Part shown: in pieces, positions 1 to 9,902 of the stretch
Layout: every line of letters begins with the position of its first letter
How positions within the stretch are numbered: position 1 is the first letter of the stretch
Source: Minisyncoccota bacterium
GTDB lineage: Bacteria; Patescibacteriota; Minisyncoccia; Phycocordibacterales; UBA1006
Assembly (NCBI GenBank): GCA_022763365.1
Contig: JALEGN010000016.1
Location: 5,556 to 69,555, forward strand
Direction: 5' to 3'
Length of the DNA: 64,000 nt
Program-made: the position numbers and the translations under genes
The notes under the pieces: model-generated
Database searches by the model: none
Seen by the model: the letters and a program-made list of their open reading frames with translations, nothing else
What the model was told of the DNA's origin: nothing

Positions 1-413
1 CTTTAGTTTTCCCTGAAACGTTTTCAAAGGTATCAACAAATAATACTTTTCCGTCGCGAACTTTTTGTGATAGTGCCACCAAAAGAGCTTTTTGACGCAT
101 TTTTTTGTTGATTTTTTGTGAGTAGTCTTTTTCAGACCGTGGTCCAAAGGTTACTCCTCCACCAACCCAAATTGGTGAACGTCGTGAACCGTGACGAGCT
201 TGTCCGGTTCCTTTTTGTCGCCAAGGTTTTCTACCTCCTCCGCGAACTTCTGATCGGTCTTTAGTGTGAGCATTTCCTTGCCGTGCATTGGCTTGCATTG
301 CAACAACAACTTGGTGAACTAAATCACCATTCCATTCAAGCCCGAAAATATTATCTGGAAGATCAACGGTTCGTGATTCTTTTCCTTTGTGATCGTATAC
401 TGATGTTTTCATA
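1..413 (-). CDS. rplD: 50S ribosomal protein L4 (N-terminal part; C-terminus lies beyond the window edge)
   Basis: Reverse-complement translation from the ATG at 413 gives MKTSVYDHKGKESRTVDLPDNIFGLEWNGDLVHQVVVAMQANARQGNAHTKDRSEVRGGGRKPWRQKGTGQARHGSRRSPIWVGGGVTFGPR..., a typical L4. It lies immediately downstream of rplC on the same strand. Confidence 0.85.
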
Positions 414-429
414 GTATCTCTTTTCAAGC

Positions 430-1047
430 TTATTTGGCCACGACTTCAAGAAGTGTTCCTCGTCGTCCTGGTAGCGCTCCTTTAACCAATAATTGTCCAG
501 ATGCTGCATCAACCGCTACAACCTCAAGGTTTTTTACGGTGATTCTATCTGACCCTGTTCGACCGGCCATTCGAGTCCCTTTGAATACTCGAGCTGGACC
601 TGTTGCCCCAATAGACCCTGGACGACGTGTGTCGTGCCGGTGCCCATGTGACGTTGGTGCTCCTGAGAAGTTGTGACGTTTTACAACTCCTTGGAACCCT
701 TTACCTTTTGAAACCCCTGAAACAGCTACGATATCCCCTGCTTCAAATATTGAAGCATCAAGTGTATCACCAATTTGTAATTCTGAAGTTTCTCCGTCTT
801 GCAGACGGAATTCTTTAACAAAACGGAAATTTCCTTTCCCTGCAAAGTGACCTTGCTGTGCCTTGTTAATGTTTTTTTCTTTTCGTTCCCCTGAAGCGAT
901 TTGTAGTGCATTGTAACCATCAGTATCAACTGATTTAACTTGCGTTACGGTTGCTTGTGGAACTGAAATAATTGTCGCCGGAACAACAACTCCATCCTCA
1001 TTGAAGAATTGAGTCATTTGCTCCTTTGTTCCTAAAATAAATTTCAT
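430..1047 (-). CDS. rplC: 50S ribosomal protein L3
   Basis: 205-aa ORF with L3 hallmarks (…GVSKGKGFQGVVKRHNFSGAPTSHGHRHDTRRPGSIGATGPARVFKGTRMAGRTG…). Sits in rpsJ-rplC-rplD order. Confidence 0.92.
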   Translation of the reverse strand: MKFILGTKEQMTQFFNEDGVVVPATIISVPQATVTQVKSVDTDGYNALQIASGERKEKNINKAQQGHFAGKGNFRFVKEFRLQDGETSELQIGDTLDASIFEAGDIVAVSGVSKGKGFQGVVKRHNFSGAPTSHGHRHDTRRPGSIGATGPARVFKGTRMAGRTGSDRITVKNLEVVAVDAASGQLLVKGALPGRRGTLLEVVAK

Positions 1048-1112
1048 ATTTGTTCTCTGTTCGTGCCTAGATGTGACGTAGGTATTGGAACATCTTAATC
1101 ATTGACGCAAGA

Positions 1113-1160
1113 AACGCCCAACGCAAAGAGAAGAATAATATCTTTTCTTTGCGTTGGGCA
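1113..1160 (-). promoter_or_regulatory. Stable hairpin in an unusually long (240 bp) rpsJ-rplC intergenic spacer
   Basis: Inverted repeat cgcccaacgcaaag (1114-1127) / ctttgcgttgggc (1147-1159). Neither strand has a convincing T-run after it, so it looks more like a regulatory or processing structure than a terminator. Confidence 0.3.
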
Positions 1161-1289
1161 TTTACATGCTCCAACGTTCATTGATAAACCTAATTTGTTA
1201 CCACGGCACTCGGAAAATATACAAAAACTTCATTAACATGTTGTTTTAGTATATTTCTCCTCGTTGGTGGTAATAAGTGTGTTGTTGTC

Positions 1290-1628
1290 TTACATCATCT
1301 TTACGTCGATATCGACTCCAGATGGTAAGTTCATATTAGTGAGCGCTTCCACAACCTTAGGAGTTGGATTGAGAATATCAATCAATCGTTTGTGAACGCG
1401 TGTCTCAAACTGTTCACGTGCATCTTTATAAACAAATGATGCTCGGTTTACAGTATATTTTTTAATTTCAGTCGGAAGAGGAATTGGTCCTCGTGTTTCT
1501 GATTCGTAGGTAGCAGCAGTATCCATAATCTGTTTAACAGATTGATCTAAGATTTTGCTTTCATACGCTCGAACGCGAATACGAAGAGTACTTCCTTCCT
1601 TTTTCTGAGCTGCCATAGTGGCATTCAT
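1290..1628 (-). CDS. rpsJ: 30S ribosomal protein S10
   Basis: Translation …RIRVRAYESKILDQSVKQIMDTAATYESETRGPIPLPTEIKKYTVNRASFVYKDAREQFETRVHKRLIDILNPT…VDIDVKMM matches S10. Lies directly downstream of tuf. Confidence 0.9.
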   Translation of the reverse strand: MNATMAAQKKEGSTLRIRVRAYESKILDQSVKQIMDTAATYESETRGPIPLPTEIKKYTVNRASFVYKDAREQFETRVHKRLIDILNPTPKVVEALTNMNLPSGVDIDVKMM

Positions 1629-1649
1629 TATTACTTAGACCCAGCGGGC

Positions 1650-2843
1650 TTAAGCAACAATGCTTGTAACAACTCCAGCACCAACGGTTCGACCTCCTTC
1701 TCGAACAGCGAATCGCATGTTGTCGTTAATCGCAACAGGTACTTGTAGTTTTACTTTAAGAGTAATGGTATCTCCTGGCATTACCATTTCAGTTCCTTCT
1801 GGAAGTTCAATTTCTCCAGTTACGTCAGTTGTACGGATGTAGAACTGTGGTTTGTAACCTTTAAAGAATGGCGTGTGTCGTCCACCTTCTTCTTTCTTAA
1901 GAATGTAGATTTCAGCTTCAAATTCTGTATGTGGAGTAATTGTTCCTTTTGCAGCAAGAACTTGTCCTCGAGTAATATCTTCTTTCTTCAATCCTCGAAG
2001 AAGGATTCCTGCGTTATCTCCAGCAAGACCTTCTTGAAGTTGTTTGTTGAACATTTCAACTCCAGTAACTGTTGAAGTTGTTGTATCTTTGATACCAACG
2101 ATTTCGATTTCTTCTCCAACTTTTACCTTACCTTGTTCAATTTTACCGGTAACAACAGTTCCTCGTCCTTCAATTGAGAAGATGTCTTCTACCGGCATAA
2201 GGAATGGTTTATCAAGTTCTCGAACTGGGTCTGGGAAGTATGTATCCATTGCGTCAACAAGTTCAAGTACTTTTTTCACCCATTCGTCATCAGCTGAATC
2301 TGCTTCAAGAGCTTTTAGAGCTGATCCCATAATAACTGGAGCGTTATCTCCATCAAATTCGTATTTTGTAAGAAGATCTCGTAGTTCCATTTCTACTAGT
2401 TCTACCATTTCTTCTTCACCTGCCATCATGTCCATTTTGTTAATGAATACAATTAGGTTTGGAACACCAACTTGTTTTGCAAGAAGGATGTGTTCTCGAG
2501 TTTGTGGCATTGGACCATCAGTCGCAGCACACACGATAATAGCACCGTCCATTTGAGCAGCACCAGTAATCATGTTTTTGATGTAATCAGCGTGACCTGG
2601 CGCATCGATGTGAGCGTAGTGTCGTGTATCTGATTCGTACTCGTTGTGTGAGATAGAGATAGTAATTCCTCGTTCTCGTTCTTCTGGAGCGTTATCAATT
2701 CCTGAAACGTCTCGCATTTTTACTGTTTTACCAGCAAGGTTTAATGAGTGCAGAATAGCTGCAGTCAATGTAGTTTTACCGTGGTCAACGTGACCAATAG
2801 TTCCCACGTTTACGTGAGTTTTATCTCGGTTGAATTCTGACAT
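1650..2843 (-). CDS. tuf: Elongation factor Tu
   Basis: 397-aa ORF with [22 protein letters not shown] and SALKAL motifs. EF-Tu is unmistakable. Confidence 0.98.
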   Translation of the reverse strand: MSEFNRDKTHVNVGTIGHVDHGKTTLTAAILHSLNLAGKTVKMRDVSGIDNAPEERERGITISISHNEYESDTRHYAHIDAPGHADYIKNMITGAAQMDGAIIVCAATDGPMPQTREHILLAKQVGVPNLIVFINKMDMMAGEEEMVELVEMELRDLLTKYEFDGDNAPVIMGSALKALEADSADDEWVKKVLELVDAMDTYFPDPVRELDKPFLMPVEDIFSIEGRGTVVTGKIEQGKVKVGEEIEIVGIKDTTTSTVTGVEMFNKQLQEGLAGDNAGILLRGLKKEDITRGQVLAAKGTITPHTEFEAEIYILKKEEGGRHTPFFKGYKPQFYIRTTDVTGEIELPEGTEMVMPGDTITLKVKLQVPVAINDNMRFAVREGGRTVGAGVVTSIVA

Positions 2844-3104
2844 GTTTAATGTTTTGAATTAAAGCGTACATTACGCGACGTCTAATCATCTTGCTGCAGT
2901 AATAGTGATATAAGGCTAAATGCGCGTGCCCAATATCAATACTCTGCGATGACTATGTGTTGCATCTCGTAAGTGGTACTGAATAAATAAATTTAATGTT
3001 TTTACTACCCGATATTGAGGTAAATAAAAACCACAACAACACAAGCTGTGATACCAAATATATTAGTTTTATAGGCCTTTGTGTCAAATATTTCCTGTCA
3101 CTTT

Positions 3105-3137
3105 TCCACAAAAAAACCCTTATTTTATAAGGGTTTT
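3105..3137 (-). terminator. Rho-independent terminator downstream of map
   Basis: Hairpin aaccctta/taagggtt (3115-3135). On the minus strand it is followed by a T6 run. Confidence 0.5.
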
Positions 3138-3194
3138 AAGGACATTTGTCTTTTATAAAGGACATTAAATTTTGTCTTTAAGGAGAGCCTTATT

Positions 3195-3962
3195 TTATAG
3201 GCTTGTCAGTATCTCTGGACCATTTTCTGTGATTAATACTGTATGCTCAACATGTGCACTCGCCTTTCCATCAGCAGTTGTTACGGTGTATCCATCATCC
3301 CAAAAATGAACATCTGCTGTACCTAAATTAAACATTGGCTCAATCGCAATCACCATGCCGGGTTTTAGTTTTGCACCACGACCTGGTTTCCCATAGTTTG
3401 GAACATAGGGATCTTCATGAATAGCAACACCTACCCCATGACCTGAGAGTTCACGAACATTACCATATTTTTTATTATTAAATGATTCGATAGCGTAACC
3501 AATGTCACCTACCGTGTTTCCTGGTTTCGCAGCTGCAATACCAATTTCAAGTGCTTTATAGGCATCAGCAACAAGCTGACGTTTTTCATCCGATACCTCG
3601 CCTACTATAACTGTTCGTGCTGAGTCAGTAAACATATTTTTATATTTCAGACCTAAATCAATTGAAACTAAATCACGGTCTTGAATGATTATTTCATCAG
3701 TTGGAATACCGTGGACAATTACGTCATTAATTGAGACACACAAACTTGCTGGGTAGAGCGGATAGGTATGATCCGGCTGATAGTTTAAAAAAGCTGGAAT
3801 AGCCCCTGCCGCACGCACTAATTCATCTGCCTTGTTATTCAATTCCATCGCGCTTAGGCCTGGTCGAATATATTCTTCAAGTTGGTTCAGAATTTTGGCG
3901 TGAATTTTTCCGGCTTCACGCAATATTTCAATCTGCTGTGGAGTTTTAATAATGATTGCCAT
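3195..3962 (-). CDS. map: Methionine aminopeptidase type I
   Basis: 255-aa ORF with a MetAP-I fold signature (…DLVSIDLGL…FTDSARTV…HGVGVAIHEDP…IEPMF…) and metal-ligand positions D/D/H/E/E. Confidence 0.9.
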   Translation of the reverse strand: MAIIIKTPQQIEILREAGKIHAKILNQLEEYIRPGLSAMELNNKADELVRAAGAIPAFLNYQPDHTYPLYPASLCVSINDVIVHGIPTDEIIIQDRDLVSIDLGLKYKNMFTDSARTVIVGEVSDEKRQLVADAYKALEIGIAAAKPGNTVGDIGYAIESFNNKKYGNVRELSGHGVGVAIHEDPYVPNYGKPGRGAKLKPGMVIAIEPMFNLGTADVHFWDDGYTVTTADGKASAHVEHTVLITENGPEILTSL

Positions 3963-4020
3963 AGCCGTATCCTATCAAATTAAACAAAATAAAAAAGAAG
4001 TTAAAACCTCTTTTTTATAA

Positions 4021-4581
4021 TTAAAACTGATCAAGCGAAACAACATACGTTAACTCAGCAGTATTATTTGGTTTATTAGTATAGCGAATCTTTCCACAAT
4101 CTTGGTCACTTTGCCCATCAATTAATAAATCAACAGCTTCTACGTCATCTCGAGGTACTGACTGCAGGAAAAGATTAACTCCACGATAGACTGGTCCTGA
4201 ACCGCCACAACTCGTACTCGTATCACCATCATTATCAAATTGATATTGACCTTGAGTAAAATAATTATCTGGAGATGTTTTAAACCAGTTAGAAAAACTT
4301 CCCATTGGCTGTCCTTCTGGAATTGAAATAATATATTCAATCGTAGGATTATTTCCAGGAGCATTAATTTCTGCTTCAGTCCACCATTCACTTCGATTTT
4401 CATCAAAATAAGTATAGGCAAGTGCTTTTTCTACCTGTTGCAATTGAGCAGCTAGGTTGGCTGCTTTTGCTTTTTGCCTAGCAGAACCTACTGCTACCAA
4501 AATAATGGTGGCTAAAACTCCAATGATTGCAATAACAACAAGGAGTTCTATTAAGGTAAAACCTTTTTTAGTCTGATTCAT
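4021..4581 (-). CDS. Type IV pilin / pseudopilin (prepilin-type N-terminal cleavage/methylation domain)
   Basis: N-terminus MNQTKKGFTLIELLVVIAIIGVLATIIL is the classic class III signal: G-F-T-L-I-E followed by a hydrophobic helix. Confidence 0.7.
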   Translation of the reverse strand: MNQTKKGFTLIELLVVIAIIGVLATIILVAVGSARQKAKAANLAAQLQQVEKALAYTYFDENRSEWWTEAEINAPGNNPTIEYIISIPEGQPMGSFSNWFKTSPDNYFTQGQYQFDNDGDTSTSCGGSGPVYRGVNLFLQSVPRDDVEAVDLLIDGQSDQDCGKIRYTNKPNNTAELTYVVSLDQF

Positions 4582-4590
4582 AAAAATAGT

Positions 4591-4620
4591 ATAGCAAAAA
4601 AGACCATTATGGTCTTTTTA
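4591..4620 (-). terminator. Terminator after the pyrH-like gene
   Basis: Hairpin agacc-attat-ggtct flanked by an A5 run and a T4 run. Confidence 0.45.
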
Positions 4621-5304
4621 AGAAATAATAGTACCTTCAAAATCTTTATTCAAAAGGTAATTTTCAAGGTTTTCAATTGAGGCTCCCAAAATAGCAACTG
4701 TAATACCAGCGCGTTGTGCTTTTTCTGAAGCCACTGGATCAAAAGGTGCTGACATTCCAGGAGTCCATTCTTTAGGTATAAGATTTCGATATTCATCCCA
4801 TGAAAGTTTGTCATAGCGGATGGCATTTGGATTAATACGTGGATCTTCGCTGTAGACATGTGTTGTATTTGAAAAGTTAATAATCCTTGTAGCACCTGAA
4901 ATTTCAGCCATTTCAACAGCATCAGTATCTGATGAGCAACCAGGTTGCCAGGCTCCTACAATAACTAACTCTTCATTAATACCCTTAATGTCTTCAGGTT
5001 TAAGGATAATATTTTTGTGAATATCAAGATCAGAAAATGCCTGATACATCAATTCACAGTTTAAATGAATCGATTTAATACCCACCCAATCAAGTGATTC
5101 AGGCTCAGTAACACCTAAATCTCTTAAGGCTGATTGATAATTCCGAGCTGTTTTTCCTCCACCAACAACCAATGTTATTTGATATCCTTCCTTATTAAAG
5201 TGCTGAATCATTTGCTTTAATGATTTGATGAATGAAATATCAATAGATTCTGGAATAAGGAGTGAGCCACCCATAGCTATTACAATTGTTTCCTTGAATT
5301 TCAT
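4618..5304 (-). CDS. pyrH: Amino-acid-kinase family protein, probable UMP kinase (archaeal-type)
   Basis: …IAMGGSLL…LVVGGGKTARNY…PGCSSDTDAVEMAEISGATRIINFSNTTHVYSEDPRINPNAIRYDKLSWDE fits the UMPK pattern (GGG loop; DTD…A; V.GVY..DP). It is adjacent to adk. Confidence 0.55.
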   Translation of the reverse strand: MKFKETIVIAMGGSLLIPESIDISFIKSLKQMIQHFNKEGYQITLVVGGGKTARNYQSALRDLGVTEPESLDWVGIKSIHLNCELMYQAFSDLDIHKNIILKPEDIKGINEELVIVGAWQPGCSSDTDAVEMAEISGATRIINFSNTTHVYSEDPRINPNAIRYDKLSWDEYRNLIPKEWTPGMSAPFDPVASEKAQRAGITVAILGASIENLENYLLNKDFEGTIIS

Positions 5305-5308
5305 ATAT

Positions 5309-5905
5309 CTAACGTTCTAGTATTTCCTTAATTGACTCATGAATAGATTCAACCGCTCCTTCTCCATCAATATCGTACACCTTGTATTGTTCTTTCTCTC
5401 TTAGGAGTTCAAGTGATGGGAGAACTTTTTCATTGTAAAAAGTAATTCTATTTTCAACAGCCTCCATATCAATATCATCCGTTCGGCCACGTTCTGCCAT
5501 ACGTCTCCTGACCTCAGCTTCTGAAACTTCAATATGTAGAACCACGACATCGTGTGCTCGATTATAATAATCTAAGGCTCGATCAAGGGTGTCTACTTGA
5601 TGTAGGGTTCGCGGGTAACCATCGAGAATAAGAACCTGTTCTGGATCATCAAGATTTTGAACCAAATCACCAACCAATAACCAATCAGTTAGAAAATCTG
5701 GTACCAATTGACCTTTTTTTAAAATTTCGCGCAAGCGATCTGAAGTATAACCATCACCTTTGACCATTTGCCTGAAGAGATGTCCTGATTCAAAATGATA
5801 GACTTCTTTATCTACTGAAATAAGTTGTTTTTTAAGTAATTCAATCTGGGTTCCTTTACCAGATCCTGATCGTCCCATGACGATAATCGTTTTTGGTGCG
5901 TTCAT
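5309..5905 (-). CDS. adk: Adenylate kinase (short, LID-less form)
   Basis: P-loop GRSGSGKGTQ and the ILDGYPRTLHQ motif. 198 aa. Confidence 0.8.
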   Translation of the reverse strand: MNAPKTIIVMGRSGSGKGTQIELLKKQLISVDKEVYHFESGHLFRQMVKGDGYTSDRLREILKKGQLVPDFLTDWLLVGDLVQNLDDPEQVLILDGYPRTLHQVDTLDRALDYYNRAHDVVVLHIEVSEAEVRRRMAERGRTDDIDMEAVENRITFYNEKVLPSLELLREKEQYKVYDIDGEGAVESIHESIKEILER

Positions 5906-5939
5906 GCCAAAGGCAGTATAACAAAGTTAAAACCAAATA

Positions 5940-5971
5940 CAAAAAAAGAGCATCATGATGCTCTTTTTTTG
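5940..5971 (-). terminator. Terminator between the KH-domain gene and adk
   Basis: Palindrome agagcatca/tgatgctct flanked by an A7 run and a T7 run. Confidence 0.5.
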
Positions 5972-5985
5972 TGGATAGTCTGTGA

Positions 5986-6252
5986 CTATTCAGCTGATTC
6001 CCCTTCTTTGTTTGGCTCGTTAATGCGAACATTAACGCGAGCTTGGGTTTTCATTCCAGCAACACGAACGAGTGTTCGGATAGCTTTTGCGGTTGCACCT
6101 TGTCGCCCAATTACTTGCCCCATGTCATCTGGGTTTACATCAAGGGTCAATAATACTCCCATGTCATCTACCGTTTTTGTTACGGCGACGTCATCAGGAT
6201 TTTCTACAATTCCTTTTACAATATATTCAAGGAAATCTTGTGGTTCTGTCAT
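5986..6252 (-). CDS. khpA: KH-domain RNA-binding protein (KhpA/YlqC-like, UPF0109)
   Basis: 88-aa ORF with a GxxG KH motif in …DMGQVIGRQGATAKAIRTLV…. Confidence 0.65.
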   Translation of the reverse strand: MTEPQDFLEYIVKGIVENPDDVAVTKTVDDMGVLLTLDVNPDDMGQVIGRQGATAKAIRTLVRVAGMKTQARVNVRINEPNKEGESAE

Positions 6253-6351
6253 AATTTCAATCTGTGTTTAATTAATTAAATAGTGTTACGTAACAACAAT
6301 ACAAAATGTAATGTGTTACAAATATTATAACTTTTTGTAACTCTTTTTTGC

Positions 6352-6378
6352 AAATAAAAAACCCTTTCGGGTTTTTTA
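6352..6378 (-). terminator. Terminator after rpsG
   Basis: Hairpin aaaccc-tttc-gggttt. On the minus strand it is followed by a T-run. Confidence 0.5.
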
Positions 6379-6387
6379 TCAAAAGAA

Positions 6388-6858
6388 TTACCACGCAAAG
6401 TGTGCAAATGCCTTGTTGGCTTCTGCCATTTTGTGTACGTTTTCTTTTTTCTTTACTGCTTCACCTTCTCCGGCTGCAGCTAACAGGAGTTCATCTGCAA
6501 GAAATACTTTCATTTCTTTACCTTTTTTAGAACGAGCCCCGTTAATGATCCATCGCATAGCAAGTGCTAGTTGACGTTCTGGACGAACGGGTACTGGAAC
6601 TTGGTAATTTGCACCTCCGACTCGACGTGATCGAACTTCGGTAGATGGACCTGCATTTTTCAATGCGGCTTCAAAAACTTCTAATGGTTCTTTGTCAGTT
6701 TCTTTTTCCTTAATAATATCAAATGCTCCATACACGATTTTTCGTGCGGTTTCTTTTTTACCGTCTAACATAATGTTATTGATAAATTTTGATACTGTAA
6801 ATGAATTATATACTGAATCCGGCTGTGGTTGCCGTCTGTTTTTTACTGGTCTTCGCAT
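6388..6858 (-). CDS. rpsG: 30S ribosomal protein S7
   Basis: 156-aa ORF with typical S7 sequence (…KFINNIMLDGKKETARKIVYGAF…RRVGGANYQVPVPVRPERQLALAMRWI…). Confidence 0.95.
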   Translation of the reverse strand: MRRPVKNRRQPQPDSVYNSFTVSKFINNIMLDGKKETARKIVYGAFDIIKEKETDKEPLEVFEAALKNAGPSTEVRSRRVGGANYQVPVPVRPERQLALAMRWIINGARSKKGKEMKVFLADELLLAAAGEGEAVKKKENVHKMAEANKAFAHFAW

Positions 6859-6868
6859 AATACTTTAA

Positions 6869-7285
6869 TTATTCACCCTTAGGCTTCTTAACTCCGTATC
6901 GTGAACGTGATTTCTTTCGCCCATCTACACCAGTTGCATCGAGAACTCCTCGTACAACCGTATATCGAACTCCAATCAAGTCCTTAACACGCCCTCCTCG
7001 TAGTAATACTACTGAGTGCTCTTGTAGTGAGTGTCCCATTCCTGGAATATAGGCAGTAACCTCCATTCCGTTCGTTAGACGCACACGAGCAATCTTTCGG
7101 AGCGCTGAGTTTGGCTTTTTAGGTGTCATTGTTGTTACCTTAGTACACACTCCACGTTTAAATGGTGATGGGTATTTTGTCGGTCGGTTTTGTAGTGAGT
7201 TGAACCCACGACGTAGTGCAACCGCTTTTGGTTTTGAGGTAACCTTTTTGCGACCCTTTTTAATAAGTTGATTAATTCTTGCCAT
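6869..7285 (-). CDS. rpsL: 30S ribosomal protein S12
   Basis: Start placed at the internal Met, 7285, giving [14 protein letters not shown]…. S12 hallmarks include the [10 protein letters not shown] loop. Confidence 0.93.
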   Translation of the reverse strand: MARINQLIKKGRKKVTSKPKAVALRRGFNSLQNRPTKYPSPFKRGVCTKVTTMTPKKPNSALRKIARVRLTNGMEVTAYIPGMGHSLQEHSVVLLRGGRVKDLIGVRYTVVRGVLDATGVDGRKKSRSRYGVKKPKGE

Positions 7286-7367
7286 AAATAAAATGTATAA
7301 AAACAGCTCTGATACAGAGCCATTCATATGCTTAGGACATTACTATAAAATCTATAATTTGCAACAC

Positions 7368-7964
7368 CTAAACTAATATATTATAAAGCCCAAGAATAAT
7401 TGGTGAAATAAACTGCCAACCATACACCACAAAGATAATTAATATAATAAATGAATACCTTCTTAAGAAATCTTTAATGTGATTAAATCTGCTTGGTAAC
7501 AGCGCATAAAGTATGTGATGTCCATCAAGAGGCGGAATAGGTACCAAATTAAAGACCGCAAGAGCAATATTCGTAATAATAACGCTGGTAATGAAAAATA
7601 AAGCACCTGCTGAAAAACTAAATAATTGTAAGGTAATCGCTCCAACTATTGCAATAGCAATATTAGTCAGAGGTCCTGCAATAGCGACTATAGCACCTCC
7701 CCATTTAGGGTTTTTCATATTATAAGGATTAAAGGGTACAGGTTTTGCCCATCCTAAAACAAATGGTGCGCCTGAAACAATCAAAAGAAAAGGTAAAATA
7801 ACTGAACCTAGCCAGTCTAAATGAACAAGCGGATTTAATGATAATCGGCCCTGTAATCTGGCCGTTGGGTCGCCTAACTTATCAGCGGCATAACCATGAG
7901 CAATCTCATGTAAGACGACCGATATAATCAGTACAACTACGAAAATAATGTTTTGAATATTCAT
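7368..7964 (-). CDS. Site-2 protease family (peptidase M50) integral membrane metalloprotease
   Basis: HEIAH zinc motif in TM1, the NLVPIPPLDG motif, and a multi-TM profile. Confidence 0.65.
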   Translation of the reverse strand: MNIQNIIFVVVLIISVVLHEIAHGYAADKLGDPTARLQGRLSLNPLVHLDWLGSVILPFLLIVSGAPFVLGWAKPVPFNPYNMKNPKWGGAIVAIAGPLTNIAIAIVGAITLQLFSFSAGALFFITSVIITNIALAVFNLVPIPPLDGHHILYALLPSRFNHIKDFLRRYSFIILIIFVVYGWQFISPIILGLYNILV

Positions 7965-8099
7965 GTTTCAAGTATAGTAACCCTTCGGCTCTTCGCAAGT
8001 CAGAAATCACTTGCATTGGAAAAAAGTTCTGTTAATATCAAGAACGTTATAAGCGGGTCACCTATTATATGTAAGAGGCCTGTAATCAATAAAAGTATT

Positions 8100-8345
8100 A
8101 TGTCACGAACATGTCCAATAACAGGAAAAGGATCACAAGTTGGTGGAGGTTACAGTAACCGAACCCGTGCGACCGAGTTTAACCCAACAGGTAAACGCAG
8201 ACGTTTTCCTAACCTACAGAAAAAACGAATTTACGTTCCAGAACTTGATCAAACCTTCGTAATGAAAATCTCAACCGAAGCAATCAAGAATATCAAAAAG
8301 AACGGAGCATACAAAACCTTGAAAAAAGCAGGGATTGTAAAATAG
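8100..8345 (+). CDS. rpmB: 50S ribosomal protein L28
   Basis: Internal start at 8100 gives MSRTCPITGKGSQVGGGYSNRTRATEFNPTGKRRRFPNLQKKRIYVPELDQ…, the L28 pattern. The 5' part of the longer listed ORF is probably not translated. Confidence 0.75.
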   Translation: MSRTCPITGKGSQVGGGYSNRTRATEFNPTGKRRRFPNLQKKRIYVPELDQTFVMKISTEAIKNIKKNGAYKTLKKAGIVK

Positions 8346-8360
8346 AACACTTTTGGTGTT

Positions 8361-9221
8361 CTATTTTACATTAAAGATAATTTCCTCACCATTGCTTTCA
8401 AAAATTATATCTCCCTCATTACAAGTTTCTAAAATTTCTACCTTGTTTTGAAGTAAAGTGGTTAAGACACCAATGTGCGGATGACCAAAACGATTATTAC
8501 AGCTGGCTGAAATAGTAGCATATTGTGGTTCTACCACTTCAACAAATGAATTCAAAGTTGAGGTCTGTGAACCATGATGTCCTACTTTTAAAATATCTGA
8601 CTTTAACTGATCACTATAGACCTCAACTAAATCTGATTCGTTTAATTTTGTCGCATCGCCCATTAATAATATAGAAGTATCATAATAATGAAGATGTGCC
8701 ACGATAGAATATTCATTGGCATCAAATGACTCAATATTATCGTGAGGACTATAGATGTCTATATACACACCTGGTTCTATATGAACACGTTGTCCTGCTG
8801 CCCCTTCATAGACCATAACCTCTTGGTCAGAAATTTCCTCGGCTATCGCAGCATACAGAGGAATGCCTGCCAATAATCCAGAATGCATAAATTCTTGTAC
8901 CTCGAATTCTTTTAAGACTGATAATGTACCGCCAATATGATCAAAATCAGGATGCGTCAGAATAAGAAAATCAATTACCTTTCGTGAATCTGAGACATAT
9001 TCTGAAAGATGGGTTCCAATGTTATTTTTAGGTCCTGTATCAATAAGGATATTTTTACCGAGCGGTGTTTGGATCAGGGTTGCATCACCCTGCCCAACAT
9101 CAAGAAAAATTATTTTGAGCTTATCATTTCGAAAATGAACACTAAGAAATAACGAAATCGAAATGATTCCTAAAATAAGAACAATATAAAGTGTATATTT
9201 TTTAGGACTCATGATTTCCAC
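8361..9221 (-). CDS. ComEC/Rec2-type metallo-beta-lactamase domain protein (stand-alone)
   Basis: N-terminal TM, then MBL motifs LTHPDFDHIGG, …GDA… and KVGHHGS. Confidence 0.7.
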   Translation of the reverse strand: MEIMSPKKYTLYIVLILGIISISLFLSVHFRNDKLKIIFLDVGQGDATLIQTPLGKNILIDTGPKNNIGTHLSEYVSDSRKVIDFLILTHPDFDHIGGTLSVLKEFEVQEFMHSGLLAGIPLYAAIAEEISDQEVMVYEGAAGQRVHIEPGVYIDIYSPHDNIESFDANEYSIVAHLHYYDTSILLMGDATKLNESDLVEVYSDQLKSDILKVGHHGSQTSTLNSFVEVVEPQYATISASCNNRFGHPHIGVLTTLLQNKVEILETCNEGDIIFESNGEEIIFNVK

Positions 9222-9248
9222 ACTATTAGTATGACATAGAAAAAAGCA

Positions 9249-9827
9249 TTATTTAAAATGCTTTTCTATTATTGCTCTGATTTGTTCTTGAGCCGCTTCA
9301 ATCTCTCCTGTTTTATTGGTAAGAATATAGTCAAATTTATTTTCGTATGAGAGTTCTTTGACAAAACGATCTTTGCGCATTTGTATTTGCTCTTCAGTTT
9401 CGGTACCTCGATTTCTTAAGCGTGTTAATAGTGCCTCAACAGACTCTGGTTTGATAAAAACAACGTAGGCTTCATCTCCATATTGCTTTTTAATATTCAG
9501 GGCCCCAACGACATCAATATCAAAGATTGCAATGTTATTTTTATCAGTAATTTTTTCTACCTCATTTCTCAAGGTTCCATAGAATCTTCCTTCATAGACC
9601 TCTTCCCATTCAATAAATTCATCATTAGAAATTTTTTGATGAAAATCTTCTTTGCTTAAAAAATGATAATCAACCTCATCTGTTTCTCCCACACGTGGTT
9701 CACGTGTTGTAGCTGAGATTGAAAAATTGAAAAAATCATACTCTTCAAGAAGCATATGCGCCAAGGTTGATTTTCCAACACCAGACGGTCCCGCAAAAAC
9801 AATTATTTTTTTATTTTGGCTGTTCAT
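9249..9827 (-). CDS. gmk: Guanylate kinase
   Basis: P-loop GPSGVGKST, SATTREPR, and the GRFYGT motif. Confidence 0.85.
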   Translation of the reverse strand: MNSQNKKIIVFAGPSGVGKSTLAHMLLEEYDFFNFSISATTREPRVGETDEVDYHFLSKEDFHQKISNDEFIEWEEVYEGRFYGTLRNEVEKITDKNNIAIFDIDVVGALNIKKQYGDEAYVVFIKPESVEALLTRLRNRGTETEEQIQMRKDRFVKELSYENKFDYILTNKTGEIEAAQEQIRAIIEKHFK

Positions 9828-9867
9828 GAAAATATCCTAACACAAAGAACTCGACAACTCTAGAATA

Positions 9868-9895
9868 TTGACAAAATATATTTATATGATATATT
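9868..9895 (+). promoter_or_regulatory. Candidate sigma70-type promoter (TTGACA-16-TATATT) driving a small plus-strand transcript
   Basis: ttgaca at 9868-9873, a 16-nt spacer, and tatatt at 9890-9895. Confidence 0.35.
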
Positions 9896-9902
9896 AGTAT
9901 TA

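Noticed and set aside
434-2556. Several plus-strand ORFs (434-676, 627-818, 1660-1842, 1875-2075, 2044-2556) inside rplC and tuf.
   Set aside because: They are antisense to highly conserved ribosomal and EF-Tu genes. Artefacts of long stop-free antisense frames.
2844-3194. Searched the 350-bp tuf-upstream spacer for tRNA genes, which often flank tuf.
   Set aside because: No acceptor/T-arm (GTTCRANYC) pattern on either strand. Only terminator-like hairpins (3115-3135, 3187-3210).
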